DNA of 64,000 nucleotides from Moniliella sp. 'wahieum' (Eukaryota), in assembly GCA_003971905.1 (NCBI GenBank), contig RSEE01000107.1, forward strand, positions 124,001-188,000. Reading direction: 5' to 3'. Below are positions 1-12,757 of the stretch, in pieces. The notes below the pieces were generated by a model that searched no databases, had not been told where the DNA came from, and worked only from the letters and a program-made list of their open reading frames with translations. A program made the translations under genes and the position numbers. Numbering within the stretch: the stretch's first letter is position 1; each line of letters begins with the position of its first letter.

Positions 1-501
1 CCCGGCACCCGGCGTCAACGCCATTGGGACCACGATTGCTAGGCAGTGCCCACGCACAAGAACAAGAGCAAGAGCAAGAGCAAGAGAACGAACCATTGTG
101 GATGACGGCCGACTTGGCTATGCACCATCCTTTGGTCAGGTACCAACAAGAACGTATGGGCTTGGTTGTGCCACCTGATCCTGCCGCCCCGCTGTCCCCA
201 TCCTTCTCCAAGACCACGCGTCTGACCTCAACAACGTCCACCAACATCACTCCTACTACCACCGCCACCGGTTCAACCACCGACGGTGCGCTGTGTCCTG
301 CTCCTCTTTCTCGTGGAAAAAGTCGGGGGGGACCTGTACTGTTACCCGCAGCGCATCCGCGAAGGAGGCGACTACGTTTTTCTCTTGGTGGCTCTGGCTT
401 CGGTTTGGGCGGGCGGGCGCGCGGCGTGGGTCTTGTTCCCCCTCGTGCTCGTTGGAGCGGTGATACTGGCGTGGGCAGGCGAAGGCAGCTGTTCGGTCTG
501 A
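1..501 (+). CDS. 3' end of an unidentified gene entering from the left edge, with a hydrophobic C-terminus
   Basis: Open frame with (QE)n and Thr-rich tracts, followed in another frame by hydrophobic segments (YVFLLVALASVW, AAWVLFPLVLVGAVILAW) ending at stop 501. No family recognised. Confidence 0.3.
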
Positions 502-2522
502 CTAGCCACAACGACTAAGTGACTCGGGACTAGTGACTCTGGAGGTTGGCTTTTGGAGAAGGGGGATGGACGATTGGTGATTGGTGACAGGTGATTGGCG
601 ATCCTTACCCAGTTCGTCTGACGTCCAACAACGCATCAGAAAGGCCCAAGGGGAAACAAAGAGCAAAAAACGGGTTTGGCTTCCGCCTTGCACGCTGGTT
701 GCTCTCCTCTTGTCCTGGGTTGGTAAGTTGAGCATGCAACAAATGTGGTTCGGCCACGGTGCATGCGGAACAGACGGATGGAGAGGGTACAAGCGAACAA
801 GGAAGACTACGCAAGACACAGAGAGATGGAGTTGGAGTTGCAATGCAAATACAGAAGATACAGATACAGATACACATCCAGGTCGGATCAGAATACTGGA
901 GAAAACAAAACGATGCCAAACGAGAGAAAAAGGGAACAAAGGGTCAGTTCAGTCCGTCCTTCGTGTCAACGATGCTCATGAATCGCATCGCTGCTCGCCG
1001 TCAAGGGAAGGCTCAGATGGTGGTGCATAGTAGAGCAGGCTCATAGTATGCCGTGGTCAAGCCACGTGCTCACAGCTCATAAAGGGATAGAATCATCTCC
1101 GCCAGACACTTGTATCAAGCACACACATACCATACTGGACAACAAAACAAAAAGAGCCAAGTCAGCAAATGTGCAATAAGGCAGACGTTTGGTCTGGAGC
1201 CTAGAGGGGGGGGGAAGGGTCATAAGTTTTTTTGGTATTTTGGGTGTCTTCACTGATCCTTCAGTAGCAGAACTGGATGATTCGAATCATACCCATGTGC
1301 GAGGTGCAGCGACTTACCATAACGAAAGGGGAAGAAACCAGGGCCCAAGGAAACCGGGCCAACGACCCGAGGGTCGAGCGTGGTCAGGCCAGGTTGCGTG
1401 TGGTGGTGTGTACCAACCCCCACGAGCTGGTTGGAGCTTCTGAAAAGCAAAAAAAAAAATAGCGCGGTGGAGGTCGGGCGGAACGGGAGCAACGTCTCTT
1501 ATGTTCCGCCAACGTGTGATCACTCGTGTCACATGTCACATGTCACACGTGATCACCTGGAAGAAACGGCGGGGGATTGTGGGGCCGGTGAGGCCGGTGA
1601 GAAGATGCATGCCTGATTTGTTGTGTCAATGAGCAAGCTGGTGGAGGACGGGCGAGCGACTAGAATACTGCGGTAACTTCGATAACCGGAATAACGATAC
1701 CCAGGTTGCAAAGAGATACAGACAAGAATGAAGTCGATGATCGATGAAGCTAGTAGGAGAAAAGACGAACCGAGACGCACAGACTGCTCGGTGCTGGGCT
1801 CTCGCACTCTCTACCTCTGCCCGCAGGATAGAGAGGAGCGAGGGCGGACAGCGACGCTCCCAAGCCGGCAAGGGGGTGCTGCTTCTCCCGAGAAAGAAGC
1901 AAGCGAAAGAAACCTACTCCCCACCGCCTTGAGAGCGTGAGGGCCTCAGTCGAAAGCGAATGTTGGGCTGGCAGTGTGGCGGCGAGCGTGTGTGCAGGAT
2001 GGGTGATGGTGGGGATGGGTGATCGGGTGCCGGATCTCCGTGTCGGATGAGCAGGTGATTAATGATTAAGCGGAAGCATGAAGCATGAAATCATCGATCA
2101 CCAATATGCAAACCCTCCCCAAACACACTGGCCTTTTGCTGCGGCACGAGTCACATGTCCACCCGTGGGTTACGCATCACTGCCGCCTCGCTCCTCGCCA
2201 GTGCCTCGCCCCTTCCTCCGCCTTCACGCGTCGCTGGCTCCGCGCCAGCAGTCACCCTTTGCTGCGTCAACCAGTCGATCGCTGGGCCACGTGCGGGGGT
2301 GCGGAAACGGCGATGGCGGTGGCGGTGGCGGTGGCGGGGGTGGCGGTTGGCGGTGTAGTGACAGCGGCAGTGACAGTCGCGGTGACGGTGATTCGTCGGC
2401 TGGGCCCGGACGCAGGGAAGACGGAGCGGCGATCATATTCATAAGTCAAAAGTGGTGCATGATGCCGCTTCCTCCGCTTCCTGCCTCGTCGTCTCTGCCT
2501 CCCCAACTCCGTCGCAGCCGCG

Positions 2523-4817
2523 ATGGCTGAGCGCGCCACAGACAGCTCCGCCACGGGCCTCGCTCCCTCCGCACGTCTCGACGCCAACAGCTCCAGCGCG
2601 GACGCGCTCCTGCTCGTCGTTTGCCTGCCCCAACTTCGGCAAGGCGTCAGGCGAGACGACCTGCTGCGCCGCCACCTCGTCCGCGAGCAGCGCGCTGCGG
2701 TCGCTCCCCGTCTGCCTCGCCAAAAGTCGTGCAACAGTGCTCGCGCTCCAAGGCACGCTGCGACCTCGACTTGCCCTGCAGCCGCTGCCGCAAGAAGAAC
2801 AAGCAATGCGTCGTCCTCCCCCCTCCCATGCAAGCACCCTGACCGACTGTCTGCCTCTGCGCACAGTGTACCCGCGCAACTCCATGGGCGCCACCCATGC
2901 CGACGCGTTGGTCGGTAGAAGCCGGGGCAGCATGACGCCTGCCTCGGTCCCTGCCCCCGCTCCCGCACGCGCCCCGTCTGCTCGCACCAACGATAGTGAC
3001 GACGCCCACTCCCACACCTTCTCCTCCCCCCCAACCCCCAGCACCCCCCTGCCCCTTCCCAACCTCAGCCTCAGCCTCCACCCCAACCCCAACCCCAACC
3101 CCACTCCTGGATCGATCCTACCCACTATATGCGTGGAACGCCCCCCCAAACCATCATTGGGACCATCCGCCACTCACGCGCCGGATGACAGACAGCCCCC
3201 CCGCCACCTCGCGCATGGCCATCGCCAGCACACACCGCATCCCATGCAACCCATGCATCCCATGCATATCAGGCCCAACGGGGAAAACGCCCAAGAGGAT
3301 TCGCTCATTGCGGCTTCGCAGATGCTCTCTCCTTCCCAGATGGTTGTCCTCCCGCCCCTCGATGCGCTGCTCCTTCCTCTGGACGTCCCCATCCAGTCCG
3401 CACCGGATCTGGCTCCGCCCCCAAACTTGCCCCCATCGTCACGGGCTCGGGCGCGTTGCCCCCGACCGGTTTAACGCCGGGCCCTCTTTCTGCACGAAGC
3501 ACGGCGCTGCAGGTGCCAAACACGTTTGATTCTACCCAAGCCTGGCTTGCCGAACCTGTAGTCCCCTCGCCCATCCAGGGCATCGGACCCTTTTCAGCCC
3601 TTCGTGAATCGCTCGGTGCCGCATTCACGTTTCCCATTCCATCGGCCTTGGAACGCACCTTGGACCCTCTTCCCGGTACCGACCAAACTACGGAACCTGC
3701 CCACCTCTCTCCCCCGCGTGCGACCGAGAACACGACCGCCCCCAACCTAGGTGTTACCTCCACCGTCGCTCCCACCCCGGCGGTGGAGCCTGCCCAGGAC
3801 ACCTATCCTGTGGGAGAGGTGGACGACCCGCAATCCCAGACGGCCGCTGTTACACGGCACATCTGGCAATATGGAATCCAAGATGTGCGGGAGCTACCTG
3901 AGAATTTGGCGCGTGCGGCTGCCGCCCAACTGATCACCTATCCCACCCTGATGGTCTTGCCCGAACCCACCTCGCCCGTACCGCCATTTGTCTTTCGTCC
4001 CTGGCTCGCGCGCGTGCGTGTTGATCTTCCTGCCAGCCTGGCCATTGCGCGCAGCGTTCTGGCTGGCTACCTGGTACGCTTGCCCGCTAGCTTGTCTACT
4101 GTATGGGTGAGTATTGCTCGGGAATTGCATCGTCTTATTCGCTCGGCGCCCCAAACGGCCACTGGGAACGACCTGAACCTATTTGCTTCCACCTCCGCCT
4201 TGTGGCTCTACCTCGTGCTAGCGCTCCTGACCGAAGAGCCTGTGGCCGCCGAGTCGATCGATGACCAGGCGGTCAACTCGGGCCTGCATGCGCTCTCCAC
4301 CCTCGCTTCTTCCCTCTCGGTCCGTGTGCAGGACATGGACCAGGCCAACTACGGCGCGCGTGGCACCGGTCTAGGCACGGCCCAAGCAACAATGAGTTTT
4401 GATCGCTGGGGGTTGGTCGAATCGATGCGTCGGGTACTGTTTGCATCCTACTCTCTGCTCGTTCTGCAACGCTTGCGCGAAGGCGTCGAAGGGCTGCAGG
4501 GGACACTGGCAGGATCAGAACTGGTGATGGACGTGGCACTGCCAGCGGACGATTTGACATTCAACGCGACCACTGAAGCCGAGTGGATGCGGGCCTCTGT
4601 CGCGGCGCGGACACGCACGTCTCAAGCGCTCGTCGCACTGGGCGAACCAGTGCAAACGGCAGATCGGTTGCCCACCCTGCGCGACCTACTACGCGCACGC
4701 GCGTACACAACCAAGGGCGCTCCCTTAATGGACGTGTTTGCCCACGCAGACGAATTCACCAACGTCATTCTTGCCGTCGCGCTGGGCCTGGACGGCCTAG
4801 CGCAAGTACCCTGCTAA
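2523..4817 (+). CDS. Zn(II)2Cys6 fungal transcription factor (frameshifted in the assembly)
   Basis: Joining two frames at ~2733 gives RQKSC-x-QCSRSKARCDLDLPCSRCRKKNKQC, a C-x2-C-x6-C-x5-C-x2-C-x6-C cluster. The C-terminal ORF 3456-4817 has middle-homology-like motifs (VPPFVFRPW, WGLVESMRRVLF, LPADDLTFNATTEAEW). Confidence 0.85.
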
Positions 4818-4831
4818 CCCCACCTCCTCCG

Positions 4832-4903
4832 CTCGCGTCTCGCGTCTCGCGTCTCGCCTCTCGCCTCTCGGCCCTTGGCTCTCCGCTCTCCGCTCTCCGC
4901 TCT

Positions 4904-4987
<84 letters not shown>
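4832..4987 (+). repeat. Heptamer microsatellite, (CTCGCGT/CTCGCCT)n followed by (GCTCTCC)n
   Basis: Directly visible just after the TF stop codon. Confidence 0.95.
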
Positions 4988-6206
4988 GCCTTTCTTGAGA
5001 CTGTACTTGATATCCGTTTTTGTTTTTACTTTCTTGTACTCATCTTTTGGGTCTCGGGTCTGGCTCCCCACCTCTTCGCGTATCATTCCTTTCCCTTCCC
5101 TCCCTGATTGCCTGTGCTACACGTTGTCTCTGTTTGGTATGGATCCGTCCTGACCAGCAGCCCCGTCCATTTCATAGACGTGTGTTCACCGGTTGCTCGA
5201 CCTAGGCTCGATTGGATACGTACGGCGACATGGTCAAGCACGGCGGGGGAGGCAGCGACGATTTGAAGCGCACAGAGTTGCGAGGGTTGTTGGCCAGCAC
5301 AGGCTGAGCTCGGAGTTTGTTGAACTCAACTCAACGTTGAACATTAAGGGTTCAAGTCTGCGCGGTGCAAACATGTGCCTTCCAAGCGAAGGTCGTCAAG
5401 TGATCGGATGAGGTATTAGTTCGAAACCATTTGCGATGAGCATACGTGCCCATGTCAGTCTACACGAGGCCGCAAACCGAAAGTTATTGCCTTGTCCAAA
5501 GCAAAGAGTGGACAGTAGTTCGCCCGCCTAGTCAGTCAGACCGGAGCCGAGCCGGACTGTCGCCTGGTGCCTCCCTCAGAACGAGAATTGGACCCTTGTG
5601 CGCATGCCTAGTTAGTCATTCTGTAGCCGAGCCCGCACCGCTACCTGGTATAGTAGCCGCCGCCACAATGACCGCAAACGTTACGCCAGTCTCGCATTGT
5701 TTTTTCCTCGTCCCAATAATGCACAATACCCTCCACCAAAATCCCCTGGCCCAAATGGCATGGATCTTCAGCCAGTTTATTCGGGTTTCTGTGTCGTGTA
5801 CCAAGTTCTGTCGCTTCAGTCTACATGCCTATATAGTACTCTTAGTTCGGAGAAGAGAAGGGTGCGTTCACACTCAAAGGAAAGGAGAGAGGGATTGGAG
5901 AACAGGGGGGTTCACAGGGTTCAGAACAGCGCACAGGCTTAAAGGTAGAAGCGGAAGTGGTGGGATTGTTGGATGAAAGGCAGGGGAAAAAAATGACATG
6001 CACATTCCTCGATCGCATGTGGGAGCGACACAAAGCAGAATGAGGCCTGAGGGACGGGGGGGATGTGTTTCACAGGTGAAAAGAACCGTGTTAATCATAC
6101 TTAGTATGGAGCCCCCAGACGAATGGGTAGCCACGCAGACCAGTGGGGGCAAAAGTGATAAACCACAGAGAGGGGTGTGCTTAGATGGGCACCATGGCGG
6201 GGAGCA

Positions 6207-7454
6207 TCAAGAGGGCCACCGCGACCGAGGCAACGTTGCGCAAGACGGAGCGGGCAGGACCACGCGGATCCATCGCAGAGAGAGTTGAGAGAGTTGAAGT
6301 GACCACAGTAACAATCCCCCGTGGATTTGTGGGCATACTGGGAAGAGGGGGTGGAAGACGCTAACCAAGAGAAGGATGGAGATGGAGATGAGATAAGATG
6401 ATGAAGCTGAAGCTGGACATGGAGATGAGTGAACAGGATTAAATTGGCCCGGCAGCCCTACCAAGGTATTATCCTCGTCAACGTCTTCTTCCTCTTCGTC
6501 GACCGACTCGAGCGTGGTAGGGATCCTGGATCCAGGCACGTTGGAGAGTAGATTTTTGGTAGGGCCAGCTGAGCCTTGAGGTGCGAAGGGGGCAGGGTGG
6601 GTGATGGATGGAAACAGTAAGGAGCCCCGAGACGAGGAGAATGAACATGTGCGGGGTGGTGGTTGGAGGAGGATTCGACGTAGCCGACAGACCAATCAGA
6701 ACCTCCCATTCACCTCCTGCCTCGCAGTCAGAAGGTTTTCCAGACGGAAGGAAATGGCTTCCGAGGCATCCAACAAGGAAGCCGGGGCGGTGGACAAGAT
6801 CGCATCCACATGAGTGCGCACCTTTTCTGCCATCTCGTTGGGCATGGTAGTTGAAGCCACGACGGACTTGGGGATGGATGGAGAAGAGATCGTGTGTTGA
6901 ATATCCCCATCCCCATCCTCATTCCCATTTTCCTTCGGCACAACGGCACGCTCAAACTGGGGAATTTCATTGGGTCCGACGAAGCTTTTCTTGGCATCGG
7001 TCTCGTCCACCAAACAGGGGGAACGTACGGGGCGGGAACAAATGGGGCGTGGTTGCGCCAGATGAGGTAATTGGTGTCGCCATGCTTCACGCTGAAAAAC
7101 ATGTTGACATCTGCAGGTACAAAGGAAGTGTATGTGAGTCACGAGCATCGTGGATCGGGAATAAGAGACGACATAAGAAGGGAGAGGGATAGATGCTGTC
7201 GCAGATTTGGGGGGAAGGGAGGGAGGGGGGACGAACGTACCAGAACCGAAACTGAATTCAAAGGATGAGGTACCAGAGATGCAGGACCAGTGCGGCGAGA
7301 GAGCGACATCAAGATCATGGGCAATGCGGGCGGTCGGAGCCAGGGTAGGATGTGAATGGATCAAGGCGTTGGAGAGAACGAGGAGAGCCTTGGACTGGGT
7401 TTCCGGGGTCAATCCCGAGGCAGAGGCAAGGACTTTCAAGTGTGGGAGAGTCAT
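6207..7454 (-). CDS. Protein with two tandem divergent dynein light chain (LC8)-like domains and an acidic tail
   Basis: ATG at 7454 and GTACGT..CAG intron 7240-7111. Spliced domain 1 is KVLASASGLTPETQSKALLVLSNAL..RIAHDLDVALSPHWSCISGTSSFEFSFGSDVNMFFSVKHGDTNYLIWRN. Domain 2 (after 1-nt indels) is VVASTTMPNEMAEKVRTHVDAILS..AISFRLENLL..GGEWEVLIG..PHMFILLVSGLLTVSIH. The pattern matches LC8 by eye; the C-terminal end is uncertain. Confidence 0.55.
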
Positions 7455-8676
7455 GGTGGACACACGAGGGACGGAAAGGAGAGCAATGGTGTACTGGGTC
7501 GGGGAAATGTGGAGAAGAGGTTGCGAGCAAGGCAGGGAGGCTGAGAACACGAAAAGGTATGTTGGAGAGTGGTAGGGAGAAAAGGGGTAGCTGATGCAAA
7601 GAGAAGGATGGAAGAGATATATATACATGACCTCGCCGATCATACAAACGGTATGTATCAACCAATGTCTTTGCTCTGTGGGTAACAGTCAGACTTTTGA
7701 GCTATGGGTTGGGCAGGAAGGCACAGCCCAGCCGGTGCTAATGGAACGGGAGGTGTGGTAGCCACTCGAGGGCAGCCGCGACACGAGCGTGTTTTATGAG
7801 ACGAGAGGGTATCATCGTCGCACGGTTGTGAGTCTGCCGGTCACAGCGCAGCTTGGTATGCACGGTTCGCTATCACCTGTGCCAGTGTGCATCATAATGT
7901 GCTCTATCTCTGCTGCGCTCCACGAACAGAGGGGGGAGGGTGGCTGTCGCATCGATTTTCTCGAGCTGAGCTAGCCGATTGTGCTCTCCACCAGCCTGTC
8001 GCGCCATATATTAAGGCGGCTGCGCCCCACCCCCCTTGCCTCAGCGGCGGACAAACGGGGGGATTGTGGTGGTGCCCTCATAGCGACCCGACACTGACTT
8101 ATGTGCCGCTCACATCCGGCCACAGCGAAAACGATAATGCCAACCACTAACAAAACGAAGCGTTTTCCTCATACACACGCCACATCACACGCCCGCCGCG
8201 CTTGTCCTCTGCTCGCCCACACCCCAGACGTTCACACCCACATGCACGCCATTTGAGGGTTGATTATAACGCCGACTACCCTCTTGATTGAGCACTACCA
8301 CCACAGTGACCGAATGACTGATGAAGAATGGCGAGAGGTGCGATGAGATGGGGGAGAATGATGGCGACTGCGTACAAAAATAAGCCCTTTCAGCGATTGC
8401 TATGCCTGCGTAATGCAGCAGAATGCTGCTAAGGATTGCGTGGTGAAAAGGTATCACGACAGATTGTGGTCTCACGATCGTACAGCTCCACGAGCTCTGT
8501 TATTCTCAGTTCGATTCTGGGCGCAGTCACTTTTTGGCCCGTGGGGCTTGCGGGCGGCGAGGCGTTACGTAAGAGCGCCACGTGCGTGCACCATGCGGTG
8601 GAGATAGACCAAGGCTGTTCGGGCTGAACTGCGAAGCGCGGCCGGGACTCTACTTCTCTTCCCCCCCAACCCCATC

Positions 8677-9378
8677 ATGGCCGAGCTGAGTGCGTTTGAC
8701 GACCGTGTGCTTGGTCTGCCCCTACGCCTCGGCCTGGCCCAGCGTCTGCCCCCGCCCCTCCTGGCGTTGGAGCTGCAGAGCGTGCTGGCCTTCACTGCGG
8801 TACGCCCCCTCCCCCCTCGCGGCCCCGTGCCCAAGGCCGAGCAGCGGGCCACCTGACTTTTGTTCTGTGTGGACTAGGGTGCGGCGCTTCTGACAGGGGT
8901 AAACTACTGGCCTGCCTACGCGTTCCCCCTTGCCCTGTTTGGCTTGGTGGTCGCGGCGCTTGCTGCTGACGCCCCGCGCGGTGCGGTGGTACGGCTGCTG
9001 GTACATTTTGGGTATTTGGAGATGGCATCGCTTGTGTTGGACGTCGTTTGGCTCCTGTCGAACACGGATAAGGAAAAGGACGCATCCACCTCCCGGTACG
9101 CTTCCTTTGCCGTCGGCCTGACCATGTGCCTCAAGCTGCTCGTGCTTGTCAAGGTGGCGGAACAACTACAGGAGGCCAACGTGCTGGGAGTCCCACCAGG
9201 CGGTGGCTTACCTGGCCCCATTGGCTCCACCTCTCTCCCATCCGCCTTTCCCGCAAGACAGACACGTACGTCGACTGGATACGAGGCATTCCTCCCACCC
9301 CAAGACGGTCCTGGGTACCGTGATGGAGGCCATACGTACGAGTACGACGCCGAGGCACTGGATAGTGCGGCCCGGTGA
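8677..9378 (+). CDS. Small multi-pass membrane protein, AGTRAP-like
   Basis: ATG 8677 and intron 8800-8877 (GTACGC..CCTGAC..TAG) splice in frame. Contains WPAYAFPLALFGLVV..LEMASLVLDVVWLL..FAVGLTMCLKLL followed by a Pro/Gly-rich tail. Family assignment is by motif resemblance only. Confidence 0.6.
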
Positions 9379-11437
9379 CTACGGTGTTTGACTCAGAGGC
9401 GCCCTCGGCAGCACATGACATTCAGCCAGTCAAGCTTCCCTCGCCATGATCGCCATGATCCTATTCTGTATGGCGCGGGGGACAACTGAGGGTAGTTGGA
9501 ATCTCTCTGTACAGAGGCGGCACGCTAAAGGTGGCGATATTGATCCGGCATGTAAGCCAGGACGCGCAGTGCAACTAGGACCCCTTTGGCTTGCGTATCG
9601 GACAAACAAATAGGAGAGTTCCGCTGGTGCGGGCGCGGTGAGCGCTTTGGGAGCACAATTTGGCCACAGAAGCGCAGTGCCCACGGCGTCCCATCTTCTT
9701 GCCTTTGCGGCGCTCCAGGGGTAGACTTATGCTTTGTGAACATTGTCCGGGTATGGAGGCGACTGGCCCAGCCGGCAGTGGATGTCACGGCCAGTTACAA
9801 CAACTATTTCGAAACGCGTCAGGGTTCGTGGCTCTCGGAGCACCGTACATGCCAGTTCATAGTCGTCCACCGATATATCTCTTGGGCAACTAACCCCCTG
9901 CCGCCTTCAGGTTGTTTTCCTAATGTCACGATCTCCAAAGATGCCATCTGGGACAGTTCCGGTCCTTCGCAGTGCACTTGTCCATCACTTCCTCGCGATG
10001 AACCTACACAATCGATCGACTTTTTGACCCCGTCCGTCGATCGTCCTGCACCTTCAGGTGACCTTCCCTTGGCCAAGTACCCTGCTGGCTACCGTGCGTT
10101 TCCATCAATTGATGGAAGGTTGACCTGCTTCAACCATTAAATTCGTCGCTAGGGTCCTCACTCTCTCCCCATCCTTCCCATCCTACAAAAGGTGAGAGGG
10201 AAGAGGACGTTCCCACTCTCTTCCCAGCCGCAAGCATTCCACCAACACCAGTCTCAGCCTTGGAGCCGCAATGGCACTAGGCTTCTGTTGCAAAGCTTCG
10301 ACCCGACAACACACGGTCTCAGCAGCAAGCGACGACGCAAAGAGAGGAAAGAAGATACTTGGGTAAGAGAAGTATAAGAGGGAGACAAGTGGTCACTGTT
10401 ACACTGTTACAAGGAAGAAAGTTAGTTCGAGTACGTCCCCGCCAGTGCCGGTGACATGTGACATGTCCATTCAACAACAACCATGCATCACCACTTGAGC
10501 ACGCAGGGGGTCTCCTGTCCTGCGTTTCTCCTGTCGCCAGATGCAAATCGATAATATACTTTCAGCCTCCTCTCGAGCAGCCGAAGAACCAGCGCTGCTC
10601 GAGAGCGAATGGGCCTCGTTGGGACGCGATGGTACATGTCAGATACAGGAGGCTGCCGTCGGGGCTTGCTCGCGCTGGTGGGGGTAGGGGGAGGGTGGCA
10701 GAAGATGAATGGAATGGCTAGGCGGGCTACAGGCGTGGTCGCTGTCCGATCTTGGCATCTCAGAGTATACATCTCAGAGATTAGGATTATCAATGCCGAT
10801 TATGGCCTCCTGTCCTGACGCTCCGACAAGCTCACGCTTTGACATTCGACCCTGCCTGCGTCCTGCTGCGTCTGGTCCCCCCGGGCCAACCTAAACCTAC
10901 GGCGCCAGCAGCGACGGGCGGGGTGCGCCAGGACGACGGGCAGGCGGGCCGTGTGGGGCAGGACAGGCCGAGGGCGCGGCGCATGCGACTGTCCCCGTGG
11001 TCGCGGTGTTGGCGGTCCCAGCGGGTGCTTCGCGCTGGCGCCGGCGGGGCTGCGAGTGGCTAAATGCTAACGCCTGCGCACGGAGGCTATGCCTTTCCGG
11101 CCGCACGTGAATAGCAAGGGAACCGAGAGTAGACTAGGAAATGCAGAATGGATGACGGGTGGCGGGTGCGTAAACCATCCCAACGTGGGCTAGGGTTGGC
11201 GCTTGTCCCCCAGCCACTGCCCTGTGCGCTCGCTGACCGTCTGGGACCTGTGCTGTGCTATAACATGTAGCAACAGCACCTTTCCTCTGGCCAAGTATGG
11301 GCCGTCGCGTGCTGCTGGCCACGCTCTGGTACCCGCCTCCCCCTCCGACCGGTTCCAAGTCTTTAAAATGCCCCGCCCACCTCCATCGGGATCTCCCCAT
11401 CCCCCCCCCATACCTTGCCCCCCCTCGCCTGTGCACC

Positions 11438-12388
11438 ATGGACGCCTACCACACCCTCCATCTCTCCAAGGAAGGCTTCTCCTCCGAGCTGCTGGCCAAG
11501 TACGACACGTTCGTGTTTGACTGTGACGGTGTTCTCTACCGCATCGACACGCCCATTACGGGCAGTGCCGATGCGCTGGCCTACCTCCGCTCGCAGGGCA
11601 AGAAGGTACTGTTTGTCACGAACAATGCGTCCGTCTCGCGCGCGACCTATCTCAAAAAGTTTGCCAAGCTCGGCATTGAGGTGCACGAGGACGAGATGAT
11701 CTCTTCGGCGTACGCGGGCCGTGTACGTTTCCCAAGTACTCAAGATCAAGCAGCAAGAGCGCAACAAGGTCTATGTGCTGGGCATGGAGGGCATTGAGCA
11801 TGAGCTCGACCTCGAAGGCATCGAGCAATTGGCGGCACAAGATACTTACCACCGTTCTGCCGGTCTGCCCTCGGACCATCCCTTTGAGACCCTCGCTGCC
11901 CCAGGCACCATCGATCCAAAGGTAGGAGCGGTCATTGTGGGCTTTGACATTGATCAGAACTATGCCAAGACAGCCAAGGCGGCCAAGTACGTGATGGACC
12001 CCGAGGTACACTTTATCCTCACCAACGAGGACACCACCACACCGGCCATTGGCGGTCCTTGGCCGAGGCCGGCGCGACCGTCGCGCCCATCATCAACTCG
12101 ACTGGACGCCAGCCAATCGTGATAGGTAAACCGCACCAGCCGATTCTGGGCTGTGTCGTGCGCGCTCACAATGTCGATCCTACCCGCGCCATCTTTTTTG
12201 GCGATCGACTCGATACCGATATCCCCTTTGGTCAACGCGCTGGGTTTGCCCAGTGCCTCGTCCTCAGTGGTATCACCTCCAAGGCCGTGCTCGACCGACC
12301 AGACCGCCCCATCACTCCCACGTATGTTGCTAAGGACATTGCTACCGCCGTCGACTTGGCTGGACACGTGCCGGACAAGTGGCACTAA
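11438..12388 (+). CDS. PHO13: HAD-IIA phosphatase (p-nitrophenyl phosphatase / phosphoglycolate phosphatase)
   Basis: Motifs FVFDCDGVL, FVTNNAS, VIGKP and FFGDRLDTDI across three frames (indels near 11718 and 12062). Confidence 0.9.
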
Positions 12389-12603
12389 GTCTTGTAATAC
12401 GGGCTGGTCCTGGGGCCTGGGGCTTGGGGCCTGGGCCTGATACCCCCCTCATTTCAGCCTCTTCCATCCCCCCATTCTCTCTCTGCCCCATTGTTAAGTC
12501 CCTTTTTGTGCTTCGTTCTGTGTAAGCAATCCTTCATGCGTACCTCTGTGTGGGCACGCCGGCTGTAGACCCGAGTCGAAATAGATCCTTTTAGAGCCAA
12601 TTC

Positions 12604-12670
12604 CACACAACACGATACAACACAGCACGACACAGCAACACAATACAACACAACACGATACAACACAACA
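12604..12670 (+). repeat. Degenerate pentamer repeat (CACAA/TACAA/CACGA/CACAG)n
   Basis: Visible between the convergent genes; it produces the spurious LCCIV translations in the ORF track. Confidence 0.85.
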
Positions 12671-12757
12671 TTTCGATTCGAGATCCAGCATCAGCGCATG
12701 GAGCGCTGCAACATCCAGTAGAAGCGGCAGGGAGACGAGTGCGTCGGATAAGCTTAT

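Noticed and set aside
1275..1295. TTCGAATC tRNA T-loop-like motif
   Set aside because: It has no flanking cloverleaf stems and is only a short palindrome.
9586..10320. 184-aa ORF and adjacent frames
   Set aside because: No recognisable motif, convincing start or splice model; it cannot be supported.
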